64,000 nt of DNA from Octopus bimaculoides (Eukaryota). The stretch covers positions 40,472,457 to 40,536,456 of the forward strand of contig NC_068997.1 in assembly GCF_001194135.2 (NCBI RefSeq). Reading direction: 5' to 3'. Shown here piece after piece: positions 25,790 through 36,547 of this stretch (the stretch's first letter is position 1; the number at the start of each line of letters is the position of its first letter). The notes below the pieces were generated by a model, which saw only the letters and a program-made list of their open reading frames with translations, ran no database searches and was not told the origin of the DNA. A program made the position numbers and the translations under genes.

Positions 25790-26068
25790 GGGACCCGGTT
25801 TTCAACAAAGATACAAGGCTCTATCTTTGGGATGTAGTTAGCACAGACAAATTCACATCTGGAACTTGACAAAAGTCTTGCATATTTTTACTGTTTCACT
25901 CAAAGATTGCACCTGTAATGCACGAATAAGGCTGTCGATTTCTCTTTCTGAAAATCCCAGTTTATTCAGAATCTCCTTCAAGCATTTACTAACAAAGGCT
26001 AGTGCTCCAATTATTATTGGTGTGAATATGAATTCATATAGAAGCTGGAGGTTTCGAAGCAGTTGTCC

Positions 26069-26070
<2 letters not shown>
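25790..26070 (-). mobile_element. R4-like RLE LINE 3' end (second copy)
   Basis: YGQLLRNLQLLYEFIFTPIIIGALAFVSKCLKEILNKLGFSEREIDSLIRALQVQSLSETVKICKTFVKFQM* plus the 3' UTR shared with the 2001 copy. Confidence 0.85.
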
Positions 26071-26101
<31 letters not shown>

Positions 26102-26153
26102 TGTATGTATGTATGTATGTATGCATGTATGTATGTATGTATGCATGTATGTA

Positions 26154-26184
<31 letters not shown>

Positions 26185-26289
26185 ATGTATATATATATAT
26201 GTATCATCTTCATCGTCATTTTATATCTACATATTCTTGATGAGCTGAATGTTTCATCAGTGATCTGCTCTACATTCATCTGGGATTTG

Positions 26290-28060
26290 TGACCTTTCAA
26301 CTTTAGATATCCTCACCCAATTAACCTAGGTTGGTTTGATCAGTCTCAGACTTGCGTTCTACCAAAACAGTCATTGGATATGCTCTCTTAATCCAAAGCC
26401 ATTTGGTGGTTTTCCTTACATTTTCTTGTCTAGAGTGAATTGCTTTCTTTTCCATTTCGTTGAAACCAAATCGTTGAGACCTTAGCGGACTGAGTAACTG
26501 ACAAAATCTCTATAGGTTCATAGTATATTTTCAACCCATTGCGATGGCAATTCTCTGCCAGTTTCTTTTACTTTTCGTTGGCTCTTGTAAAAAGATCCCA
26601 GGGTATTGCAACTTCCAGCATGATCAGTGGTGCTGTTGGCTTAGAGATGATGTTCATGTCTTTCCAGAGCAATGTTGATACTCTATGCTGGGAGTCTTGA
26701 GCTGTCTACCGAGATCGATATACAGCTACCAGTCAAAAGCTGTGAAAATGGAGCTTGTCCATGATTTTGGTTATGGATAGCTTTTCTCTCTCGATTTTAC
26801 AATCCTAATCGCTTTTTCGGGAGGCGTGGTGCTATTTACCTTCCCTGACGGCAGTGGCTAACTCGCAGTAACTCACTTGATCACCTGGTCATGGTAGCAA
26901 TAATAGCGTCTTTCTCCAAGGAATTTTAAGCAGTTGCTAGGAAAATGTTCTAAAAATCCTTTTTCAGAGTAGTGTGCAGAATGATATCTCGTTTTTACCC
27001 CAAATGTGATGGTTAGTTAGGCTAACTTCCCATTGTAACACCCTATACGGAAAAAAAACTGGCATTATGGAATTCAGCCAGTATGTTGTTTAAGCAAATA
27101 ATCTAGCAATGTCTCACACTCTCTCACCCTGTCCATGTTCCCAGCAGTTTTAGCCACATAGAACTGCTCACTCTCTCGCCCAATACGATTGCTCGGGTCT
27201 TTTCCTGAATAAGACAATATTTCTCTCTTCTCTAGTTCTTACCAATCTAGTTCTCTCCATGAATTCCCTCAATCCCACTCAACCAAGTATCCTGTTGCCC
27301 ACCAGTTCGTTTTGCCTTACAGGTGACTCTACCACGTGCACTCATTTTTCAGCCTTCAATTCCCACCCTGTTTTCACTCTGAAACCAGATCATGACACTA
27401 TGTAGTACCTGGAGTCCGTCTACTGTGGAAACCACTTTTGTGTTGCCTGAAATTCTTCAAGGAAACCAAAGGATGTTGTCTATACGATGTTACTTGTCCC
27501 ATACAGTGCTGCATTTCTGAGGCTGCAAGAAAACGCCAGACACTTGTATAAAGAGCCACTGATTTTTATTTCGAGGATCTCGACTATTATCAGTGGAATC
27601 GTGTAAAAGAGCAGGAGTCATAAAAGTCTAAGGGCAGGATAAAATGTTGACTTAAGGTTTTGTAATCCTACTTGGTCGTCCTTGATAAACCAGCCATCAA
27701 GATCTTTTCTGAATTCTTGAATAGCAACAAATTCTTTTGAATTCGATTTAAAGAACTTTCCCATTCTCTTTACTGGTTTGATCTATTATTGATAGGCTGG
27801 AGTACTTGATATTGAGAAATGGAATTTGTCAGTCTCCTTCCCGTTCTACAGAACTATGGACCTTGGCTTGGCAGACTTAAAACTCATCCATGACCAGCTA
27901 ATAAGTTCCTCAAGAACTTGTTGGATATACTTACACCCTCGGTCCAGTATCATTGTGATGGTAATATCACCCATAGATTTTGATAGAGGGTTCTTGAAAA
28001 GTAGGCTCCTACATCCTGCTTCGGCTATTTGAGCACCATGATTATCAAGGGGAAAATGAA
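26290..28060 (-). mobile_element. HERO-clade RLE non-LTR retrotransposon, 5'-truncated pseudogene
   Basis: RT motifs SMGDITIT..GCKYIQQVLEELISWSWMSFKSAKPRSIVL, zinc-knuckle region LEHFPSNCLKFLGERRYYCYHDQV, and C-terminal KTTKWLWIKR. Confidence 0.85.
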
Positions 28061-28975
28061 TAACAGAAATAATACAACTTAATGTATTTTTCAGGCAAAT
28101 TGTGGCAAAAGAAAAGGAAAAAGGAAACGAAAGCAAATGAAAAATTCTATCATTCTTGTTATCGCCCGAGAGAAATATTTGAAAACGCCGGAATTCCGAA
28201 TCAATATTTTTATTTTTCATAGACCGAGAGGAGTAAAAATATTCTTCTTCATAGATTTTTACCACTGATAAGTTTGAGTCTATAACGTCATTTGCTGTTT
28301 ACCTATAAGTAGAGGCATTTTTTATCATTGCTTGTTTCTTGCGTATTTAAACGGGGGTAATTATCTGTTATTTTCTATCTAAATACATTTGTGCTAAGTG
28401 TGTCAAGAGTCCTATTTCTACTGTTCTGGATATTGAATTATAGTATAGAAATTTTCTTGGTCTTCTTTTTATTTGTCTACGATGGAGACACCATCAATAC
28501 ACACGATGTGTATTGTAAGTGTGCATCTAGGTACAACATTGAATTTTTATTATGGCCGCATAGAACGTCATGAACGAAGGGCCAAAGGAGTGCAGATAAC
28601 CAATACATATTTTCCTGGTATAATTTTCGATATATGTTATGCATATGACTATATCGGGGAAAAAAGAAGCATTGATAGAAAAGATAACGTTAGAATAGAA
28701 TCGTGTTTCAGTATATGTGGGTGTGTAATACAGAAAAGCCTTTAGCAGCTAAAGAAATAAATATATAGATATATATTTTTTTTAATAAATATATACACAT
28801 TTTTTCATTCTTAAAATTTGTTTTGTTATATTTTCAATACAGTCTTGCTTAATTTCTTTGTGAATCTTTTGGATATACCAAAAGATATTCACAACAAATT
28901 ATATATATATATACACGCACGTACACACACACACACAGATATGAACATTCATACATATAGACACATACATACACA

Positions 28976-29029
<54 letters not shown>

Positions 29030-29069
29030 NNNNNNNNNNACACACACACACATACACACACACACACAT

Positions 29070-29116
<47 letters not shown>

Positions 29117-29212
29117 AACAGACATTTGTGCACATACATATATATGCATATAGGAAAATTGAATAATGAGGCGAACTCTCAGGATGTTGTTAAACCATTT
29201 AAATCTTGAATT

Positions 29213-29296
29213 CTTCTACATATGTTTCGACGGATGCACTCCTAAATGTCCGACAGGATAAATTATGGCCAGCAATGCATCAATCTCATCAGGAAG
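29213..29296 (-). ncRNA. Minimal type-I hammerhead ribozyme, intact core
   Basis: Minus strand reads CTTC-CTGATGA-GA TT GATGCA...TGCATC CG TC-GAAA-CATATG-TA-GAAG. G10.1-C11.1 pair present, palindromic stem III (ACATATGT), GUA triplet. Predicted cleavage between 29217 and 29216. Confidence 0.8.
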
Positions 29297-29511
29297 GATA
29301 TAAATAACAAACTCATCAAACAGATATGTTAGCAGAAATAAAAAAAAAAGTCTTATAAAATGTAACGTATTTATTTTCATATGCACACACACACACACGT
29401 ACACTCACTGAAATATGTGACGTGTAAATATAAACATTATATACCTACAAAAAAAAGACAAACGTATACATACACATATACATGCACACGCATTAACATA
29501 CAGACACATAG

Positions 29512-29544
<33 letters not shown>

Positions 29545-30385
29545 AATATATATNNNNNNNNNNNNNNNNNNNNNNNNNNNNNNNNNNNNNNNNNNNNNNN
29601 NNNNNNNNNNNNNNNATATATATATACATATATATACATATATAAATATATATATACATATATATAAATATCTTTCTATATATAAACATATACATAAATA
29701 TATACATACACACAAACACACATGCATATTCAAATACTTACATACATGGGCAGAAATATACTCACAGATATATGCATGTATATATCCATGCATATACTCT
29801 TACATATTCTCGCGGCAACAAGATAGAAACATACTTATGCTAAAGTATACTTTACGATCACATATTTATACACATAAACAAACGATCCTACACATACAGA
29901 AGAGCATACACATGCCAAAACATCGATAGACCTAAACGCATAATTGTATACACATACACAAACTTACTTAAGCACATTTACGTTATTGTTCATTCACAAA
30001 ATACTTATATACGAACAGGGGACGCTAAGAATTATAAATGACGTTATTGAAACGAACTAGATATTGGAGAAAGGGGAAGATGTATAGAAAGATTAGGAGG
30101 GGGAAAGAAAGGAAGGATAAAACAAAGTAAAAAAAAGAGAGAGGGGAGAGGAACGGACAAATTTTAAATATAAAAAATGCATGAAAAGAAAGGAAAGAAG
30201 AAGAAAGGGGGAAAAATTATAGGAAGTAAGATGGGAAAAAAATGAAAGAAAATTTGCAGAAATTATTATTAGGTTATGGGTGTTCACGTACATACAGAAG
30301 GGCACACACATCCCCAAAGCATCGACCGACACAAACATTATAACAAACCCATACGCACACTTACTAAGCACATATACATTATTGT

Positions 30386-30429
<44 letters not shown>

Positions 30430-30649
30430 NNNNNNNNNNTTGGGTGAGAGAAGGAGAAAAAGAATAGGAAGATATGGAAGAAAAAAAAACAGGAGGTAGA
30501 AAGCGAGAGTGAAAAGGAACAGGCGAATTGTATACATGAAAATGCATAAAAGAAAAAAAAGAGGTGGGGTTAAAGGGTGGGGGAAGTAAGATGGAAGAAT
30601 AAAGAAAAGAACATTTGCAGAAAATATTATAAGGTTACCGGTGGATATT

Positions 30650-31060
30650 ATTTTAAAGAACTAAAAGAATGTTTTTTCCAATGAGTACATTTGTAAACTC
30701 CCTCTGTAAATTTGTTTACCAATTTATGAGAATGAAATACTGCTCTTCCGTGCATAAAGAACAGAAAGACTTCCCTTTATCATAAAGAAAAGATCTAGAA
30801 AGAACTTTCCATTCTAAAGAAAAAGATTTGTTAGAGACCTTGAGGTCAAAGATTAGTTTACTGAGTCCCGTAGAGTTCCGCTTATGATTGTATTTCAAGG
30901 TAGAGAACTGGTAGGCCAGACGGGATTTCAAAAATGTTGAGTATAATCCAATATAAAATTATTCTTTTTTTTATCAGAAGTAACCTTGCCTTGGTAAAAA
31001 GCGTTTTTAATTCTGCTACTTTGCAATTATTCCCCTGGATATTTCCTTTAAATTGTAAAC
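30650..31060 (-). mobile_element. Penelope-like element GIY-YIG endonuclease fragment
   Basis: KNAFYQGKVTSDKK / FYIGLYSTFLKSRLAYQFSTLKYNHKRNSTGLSKLIFDLKVSNKSFSLEWKVLSRSFLYDKGKSFCSLCTEEQYFI, frameshifted. Matches the PLE endonuclease pattern. Confidence 0.8.
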
Positions 31061-31198
31061 TCTCTATATGCATATATGTGTGTGTATACATACATATATA
31101 TATATAATTTATTAATGAGGGTAGAAATTGATATTAATCAATTAAAACCAGTGGTCTAGCATATTAAAAAAATCCGAAGATTAAAATTATATTACATA

Positions 31199-31575
31199 CA
31201 AAAATAAGAGGAATGACCAGCAAAAGTGGACGCCTATATGCTAGAAATAGATGCCGAATCATCTAACCACGAAAAAAACATATGTTCTCAGTAAAATTTT
31301 AGCGACACAACAGACTGTAAAAGGGCAAGACAAATGAAAAAATACTAAATATAAAAAAAACGATTAACCTACGTACCATGGTTTCACCTGTTAAAATTTA
31401 CATAAGTAAATATCTGCAGGATCGTCAGCGTAGTCTGTCGATTTGCAATATAATTTCCAGAACTAGACACAAGACGTCCACCCGAACGTGGTTAGATTTT
31501 TTCGTGGTTAGATGATTCGGCATCTATTTCTAGCATATAGGAGTCCACTTTTGCTGGTCATTCCTCTTATTTTTG
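31199..31575 (-). mobile_element. 377-bp foldback element with ~78-bp inverted arms enclosing a hammerhead ribozyme
   Basis: Arms 31199-31276 and 31497-31575 (CAAAAATAAGAGGAATGACCAGCAAAAGTGGAC..ATCTAACCACGAAAAAA) are near-identical. TA on both flanks. Confidence 0.85.
31369..31433 (-). ncRNA. Minimal type-I hammerhead ribozyme
   Basis: Minus strand reads CTACG-CTGACGA-t CCTG cagat ATTTAC ttat GTAAAT tttaa CAGG t-GAAA-CCATGG-TA-CGTAG. Perfect 5-bp stem I, palindromic stem III (ACCATGGT), GUA triplet. U-U mismatch at 10.1/11.1. Confidence 0.8.
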
Positions 31576-31578
31576 TAC

Positions 31579-31609
<31 letters not shown>

Positions 31610-31984
31610 TATGTATATATACATATATATGTTTGTATAAGTATATGTTTGGTATGTACTTATGTATGCATGCATGTATGTATTATGTATGAATGGATGG
31701 ATGGATGAAAATTTTTATTCTTTGGGTTTGTGGCTAACTAACTGCCAAGGTTCTTTTGTTTAAATCAAGTCAGTCCCGTGTAGCTCCTTGGATTTTCAAC
31801 CTCGACGAAGACGAGTAGCAACGTTCCAATGTGGCAGGGCTGATAAATGATGAGAGATTTCTTTTTACATGAAATTATTTGTAGCCTTGTTAATCTACTA
31901 ATAAAGAACGTTTATCCTCCAGTGTGGTGTTGAGCAGTCATTTTCACTGTTTTTTTATACTGTTTTTTTTATACTGTTTTTTTT

Positions 31985-32967
31985 TTGTCATGTTGGGGAA
32001 CAGACGACAATCAGATATACTAAATGAGAAGAATAGGTAGGGTGATCTACCAATGCAAAGCCACCATTACGCACAGCATCTATTGAAACCAAGGACCTGT
32101 TCACTGGAGCAATTTCCTGAAGAAACAAGAAACTTTTCATCAGCTTTCCTGGGCAGTTAGTCTTGGTAACCTTCCGTAACAGCCTTAGTAAATCGGTATA
32201 GTACTCTCCATTGATGGTGTGGTACCTTTCAAGACTATAAAAACGATTCCTCTTGCATCCCAAATAACTGAGGCTGACAACTTCCTTGCAGATGAAACGA
32301 CCTTGGCCTGCTTTGGGAAAAGAGAGCAGGGCGTTTTTACTGCATGGGTTGTCTCTTTGCCTCTGGCACAAAGTGATGAACCAAACACTCATCCAGAATT
32401 AGGAAACGTTGAAGGAAACCCTCTAGATCTGTCTCAAACAATGTCATAGTTTCCCGTGATGTGACCAGCATTCTGTGCACAGGGAGCAGAAATCTTCGTT
32501 ACCGTGAAGAACATTCTCTCCTCTCTCACGCGATACGGCTAAGATCATTGAGTATTTCATTTATAGTCAATCGCCCGTCATCCATCAACTTGTGGTGAAC
32601 ACGATCAATGTTTTCCTCGGTGGTGGCTGTTGCATGGCTCGTCCAGACGCTGGATTGTCTTCAAGACCCTTCCTTCTCCTCCTAAATTCAGCTGCCCACT
32701 TTTGCACTAAGGATACAAATAGCGCGCGATCCCCTAATTTAGCAATCATGTCTGCATGAATGTCGTTTGAAACTAAACCCTTTTTCTGTTGATACTTTAT
32801 AACAATACGATACCAGATTTTGCCCCTTCTTTGGAAAATCAGATGCCAGTTTACCCGGAAAGAAACAATTCAGTTATTAAGTAGGTTTGAAATTAATGCA
32901 TGCAAAATTTCACAGCTCTACCATGACTTTTTCATAGTCAACCTATGAATTTGTCAACCCACCTTCG
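31985..32967 (-). mobile_element. mariner transposon, 3'-truncated, frameshifted pseudogene
   Basis: IWYRIVIKYQQKKGL..VQKWAAEFRR..LEDNPASGR, KAKVVSSARKLSASVIWDARGI, TINGEYYTDLLRLLR..FLFLQEIAP and LVDHPTYSSHL. TIR end TA-CGAAGGTGGGTTGACAAATTCATAG at 32967. Confidence 0.9.
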
Positions 32968-33260
32968 TATATGCACATGTATTGATATGTGTGCGTTTGT
33001 CCGTGTGTGCATTTGCGTATGTGTGTTGGGGGGANNNNNNNNNNGGGGGGGCGTGTGTATATAGGGGCTATTGTTTGATCTCCATCGTTCGATGATGATT
33101 ATTCATTTATTCAAAACACTGAAATGCCTACTCCACAATTAACGTATAAGTAACTGAATATTTCACAGATACATGCACCCTTAACGTAATTCTACAATAG
33201 ACCTAGCGTGACACAGTGTGTAATATGTTTGGCTGTGGCAATTACAGATGCAATCCATCT

Positions 33261-33365
33261 AAGGGCTTCCGTCTATACCATTTCATTCACACATATGGAG
33301 CAAACCGAGGTTATGGAGAGAAAACATTTTTCATCAGGTGCCACGCTTTGGAAAGAAATCCGGAA
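33261..33365 (-). mobile_element. Old SINE family A-related 5' part
   Basis: GGGCTTCCGTCTA..ATTCATTCACA..CCGAGGTTATGG..AGGTGCCACGC aligns with the reverse complement of the family A head. Confidence 0.55.
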
Positions 33366-33456
33366 AAAATTAGTTGTAATGCAAGATATACGCATTTGTC
33401 CATACTGCGTATATATATATATATATATATATATATGGGTGCGTCTGATGTGTGTA

Positions 33457-33527
<71 letters not shown>

Positions 33528-33606
33528 CAGAGAGAGAGAGACAGAGAGACAGATAGACAGAGAGACAGATAGACAGAGAGACAGATAGACAGAGAGACAG
33601 ATAGAA

Positions 33607-33667
<61 letters not shown>

Positions 33668-33889
33668 CATAATTATACATAAAAGGCGGCGAACTGGCAG
33701 TCGTTAGAGTGTTGGATAGATAAAACCATCGGGGAGTTAACAAGTCGTAAAAATTCTGGAAGGACGCATTAGATAATATAGTCCAAGATAAACTAACTAT
33801 GCGTTAAAAAGAAGACAGGAGAGTCACGGCTAGAATACCTTTGATCATACATCTGTACAATCAGGCCTGACCTTAGGCTAAACAACAAT

Positions 33890-34200
33890 CCATTCGGGGT
33901 CAAGTTTGCCTTTTCTTCTTTCCAGGGTCGATAAAATAAGTGCCAATCAAGTATTAGAGCTGATTTAATCGATTGTACCCTCTCCTAAAATGGCTGACCT
34001 TGTGCTAATGTTAAAAATCGATATTTTCATTATCAGAAACAAGGTCAAAGGTGAGTGAGTAGCAGAAACGTTATCACGCCGGATTAAATGCCAAACGGTA
34101 TTTCGTTTCGATCCCTTTATGTTTTGAGTAGAAATCCCGCTGGGGCCTTTTATCCTCAAGGTCAATTAAAAACAAAAATCAGTAGTCATGATTGAACTGA
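33890..34200 (+). mobile_element. Two decayed SINE family B copies in tandem
   Basis: TTTGCCTTTTCTTCTTTCCAGGGTCGATAAAATAAGTGCC (33905) and GCAGAAACGTTATCACGCCGGATTAAATGCC (34060). Confidence 0.6.
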
Positions 34201-35599
34201 TTATATTCCTTCTCTATGAATTTGTATTCGTGTTCCAATAATCAATAAAGCCGAAGCCAATACGAGGTTAAAGTACTTGACTATTGATCACACGAATCTT
34301 GACTTCAAATCTTACTGAAATTACTGTGATACCTCTTTGGACAAGGTACATAACTCTGCTTGTCATAATTATTTAGCAATGAAATATGTAGGACTACTAA
34401 CTTATTTTATTGCTAATGAATTATTTATCATTACCGAAGACATTCAGCTATAAAATCTATTGCTCCATACACAAGGAAACACCTAAATTTCGAAACCATT
34501 TCACTTGTAGTACCCCATAATAGAGAAACGAGGAGGAAAAACAGAGGAATATGAAATGAGAGCAAAGGTGTAATATGCGTATATAAGGATGTTAGTAGCT
34601 GTAAAAGTTAGTAGATATAAATATGGCTGTCTTTAGTGAAATAAGTATAAATAACGCTAAAATTAAATTATACTGGTATTGGAGGACTGATTGAAGACAA
34701 GAATTTTGTCCAATGAATTCAGCTTATTTGAAAACAGATGCACAAAAGGAACTGGGGAAATAATTGTGGAATATATGTGAAAGCAGTTGCGGAAATCATG
34801 GAGAAATAAGAAACAGAATCATGGGAATAGAATAAAATTTCTAACATGTCCTTCTTTGTTTTTGGGAGGCATTTGTTCGATTCATTCAGTCCCAATAATT
34901 AAATGGATCCTGGTGTATTGAGAGCTTTTTGTTAAACCAATTGATGGCAGGTGGGACATAAACGTTGAGTATTATCTTTGAAGTGGTGTCAGTGTAAATA
35001 CAGGGATGCAGACGGACGCAGAAATGTACGGACGCACGTATGGACACACATACACGCAGGCAGGCACGCGCGCGCACACAGATACACGCACACACACAAG
35101 TAGAACAAGTATAGTTTTCATGTACAAATCTCACTGTCAATCATGGAGGCTATAGTCTTTAGTAGAATACTGTTGACTAAGAGGTCATGCAGTGTGGCTG
35201 AATCCGAAACTACGTAGTTAAGAAACTATGTGCTAACCACACAACCTTACCTATACCTGCATGTGTGTGTGTAGTATTGTGTTCGTGTATGTGCATGTGT
35301 GTGTATACACATAAATATACATACATACATATATACATGCATACATACATACATACATACATACATAAAATACATATGCATGCATCTAGACATAAAAACG
35401 CATCCATAAAACAAACACAAATCTGCGCATACACTAACACCAAATACTGCGCACACACACATATGCACAAATACCTAGATGATGTTGATAAAAGTTCCAA
35501 TGAAGGAGCCTTGAATCTATGTTAGAGTCCGGCTCTTTCTCTATGGACAAGAAATACAGAAATGAAACTGATTGATAACATACATACATACATACATAC

Positions 35600-35730
35600 A
35601 TATATAAGCTTCTCAAAAGCAGAAAGGAGAAACTTGAACCGAAGACTTCTGGTCCAAGCCATCAATGGAACTGTAAAAATCTGCAATACTTTCCTGAAAT
35701 TTATCATTTAGGTATATATGAGCATGTCTA
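35600..35730 (+). mobile_element. R4-like RLE LINE extreme 3' end (third copy)
   Basis: ERRNLNRRLLVQAINGTVKICNTFLKFII*, homologous to the C-termini at 2053 and 25853. Confidence 0.7.
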
Positions 35731-35761
35731 GAGATACAAGCATATGCACGAGACGGCATAC

Positions 35762-35940
35762 ATACGGCATTTCGCTCGTCGCTAAGTTCTGAGTACAAAT
35801 TCAATCCTGGTCGACTTTGCCTTTCATCCTTTTGGTTTCGATGAATTGAATACCAGTCATGTACTGAGTCGCTGTAATCGACAAATTCTCTCCCTCAAAA
35901 TCTCAGGCTTTGTGCCTATAGTAGATAGGATTATTATTAC

Positions 35941-35997
<57 letters not shown>

Positions 35998-36023
35998 CAT
36001 TATTATTATTATTATCATAATTA

Positions 36024-36099
<76 letters not shown>

Positions 36100-36370
36100 T
36101 ATTAAAAGGTGGAGAGCTGTGAGAACCGTTAGCATGCCGACAAAGTCTTTACTTTGTGAGTTCAACTTCCGCCAAGGTCAACTTTGCTTTCATCCTACGG
36201 GGTCCATAAAATAAGTACCAGTTTAGTACTGGGTATCGGTGTAGTCGATCTACCCCATCTCTCTCCAAACCTACTGGCCTTTGTGCCAAAATTTGAAACC
36301 ATTATCATTATTATTATTAATATTAATATTATTATTATTATTATTAATATCATTATTATTATTATTATTA
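35762..36370 (+). mobile_element. Two tandem SINE family B copies, each with an expanded (ATT)n tail
   Basis: Copies at 35762-35935 and 36105-36300, each followed by (ATT)n (35930-36102 and 36300-36370). Confidence 0.8.
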
Positions 36371-36501
36371 ACCAGTGTCTGTTGAAATAGACGAGTAGAA
36401 TATAATGCGATAAATCGTCTATAGTTTTGAATAGAAATAGAATGGCGTGTATACAGTATGTGCGATGGCGTAGAGTGTATATCTGCGTGACGGGGTATAT
36501 A

Positions 36502-36547
<46 letters not shown>

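Noticed and set aside
31199-31575. Classification as a plain Tc1/mariner MITE
   Set aside because: TA flanks are uninformative in TA-rich sequence, the arms do not resemble the mariner TIRs seen in the window, and the internal hammerhead points to a retroelement. Kept only as an alternative.
33255-33340. Minus-strand CTGATGA...GAAA
   Set aside because: Stems do not pair; the region is an old SINE A head.
34640-34860. Possible Tc1 transposase remnant; likewise possible LINE remnants at ~38300-38700 and ~56600-56830
   Set aside because: Only one or two weak motif matches amid many stops; not supportable without a search.
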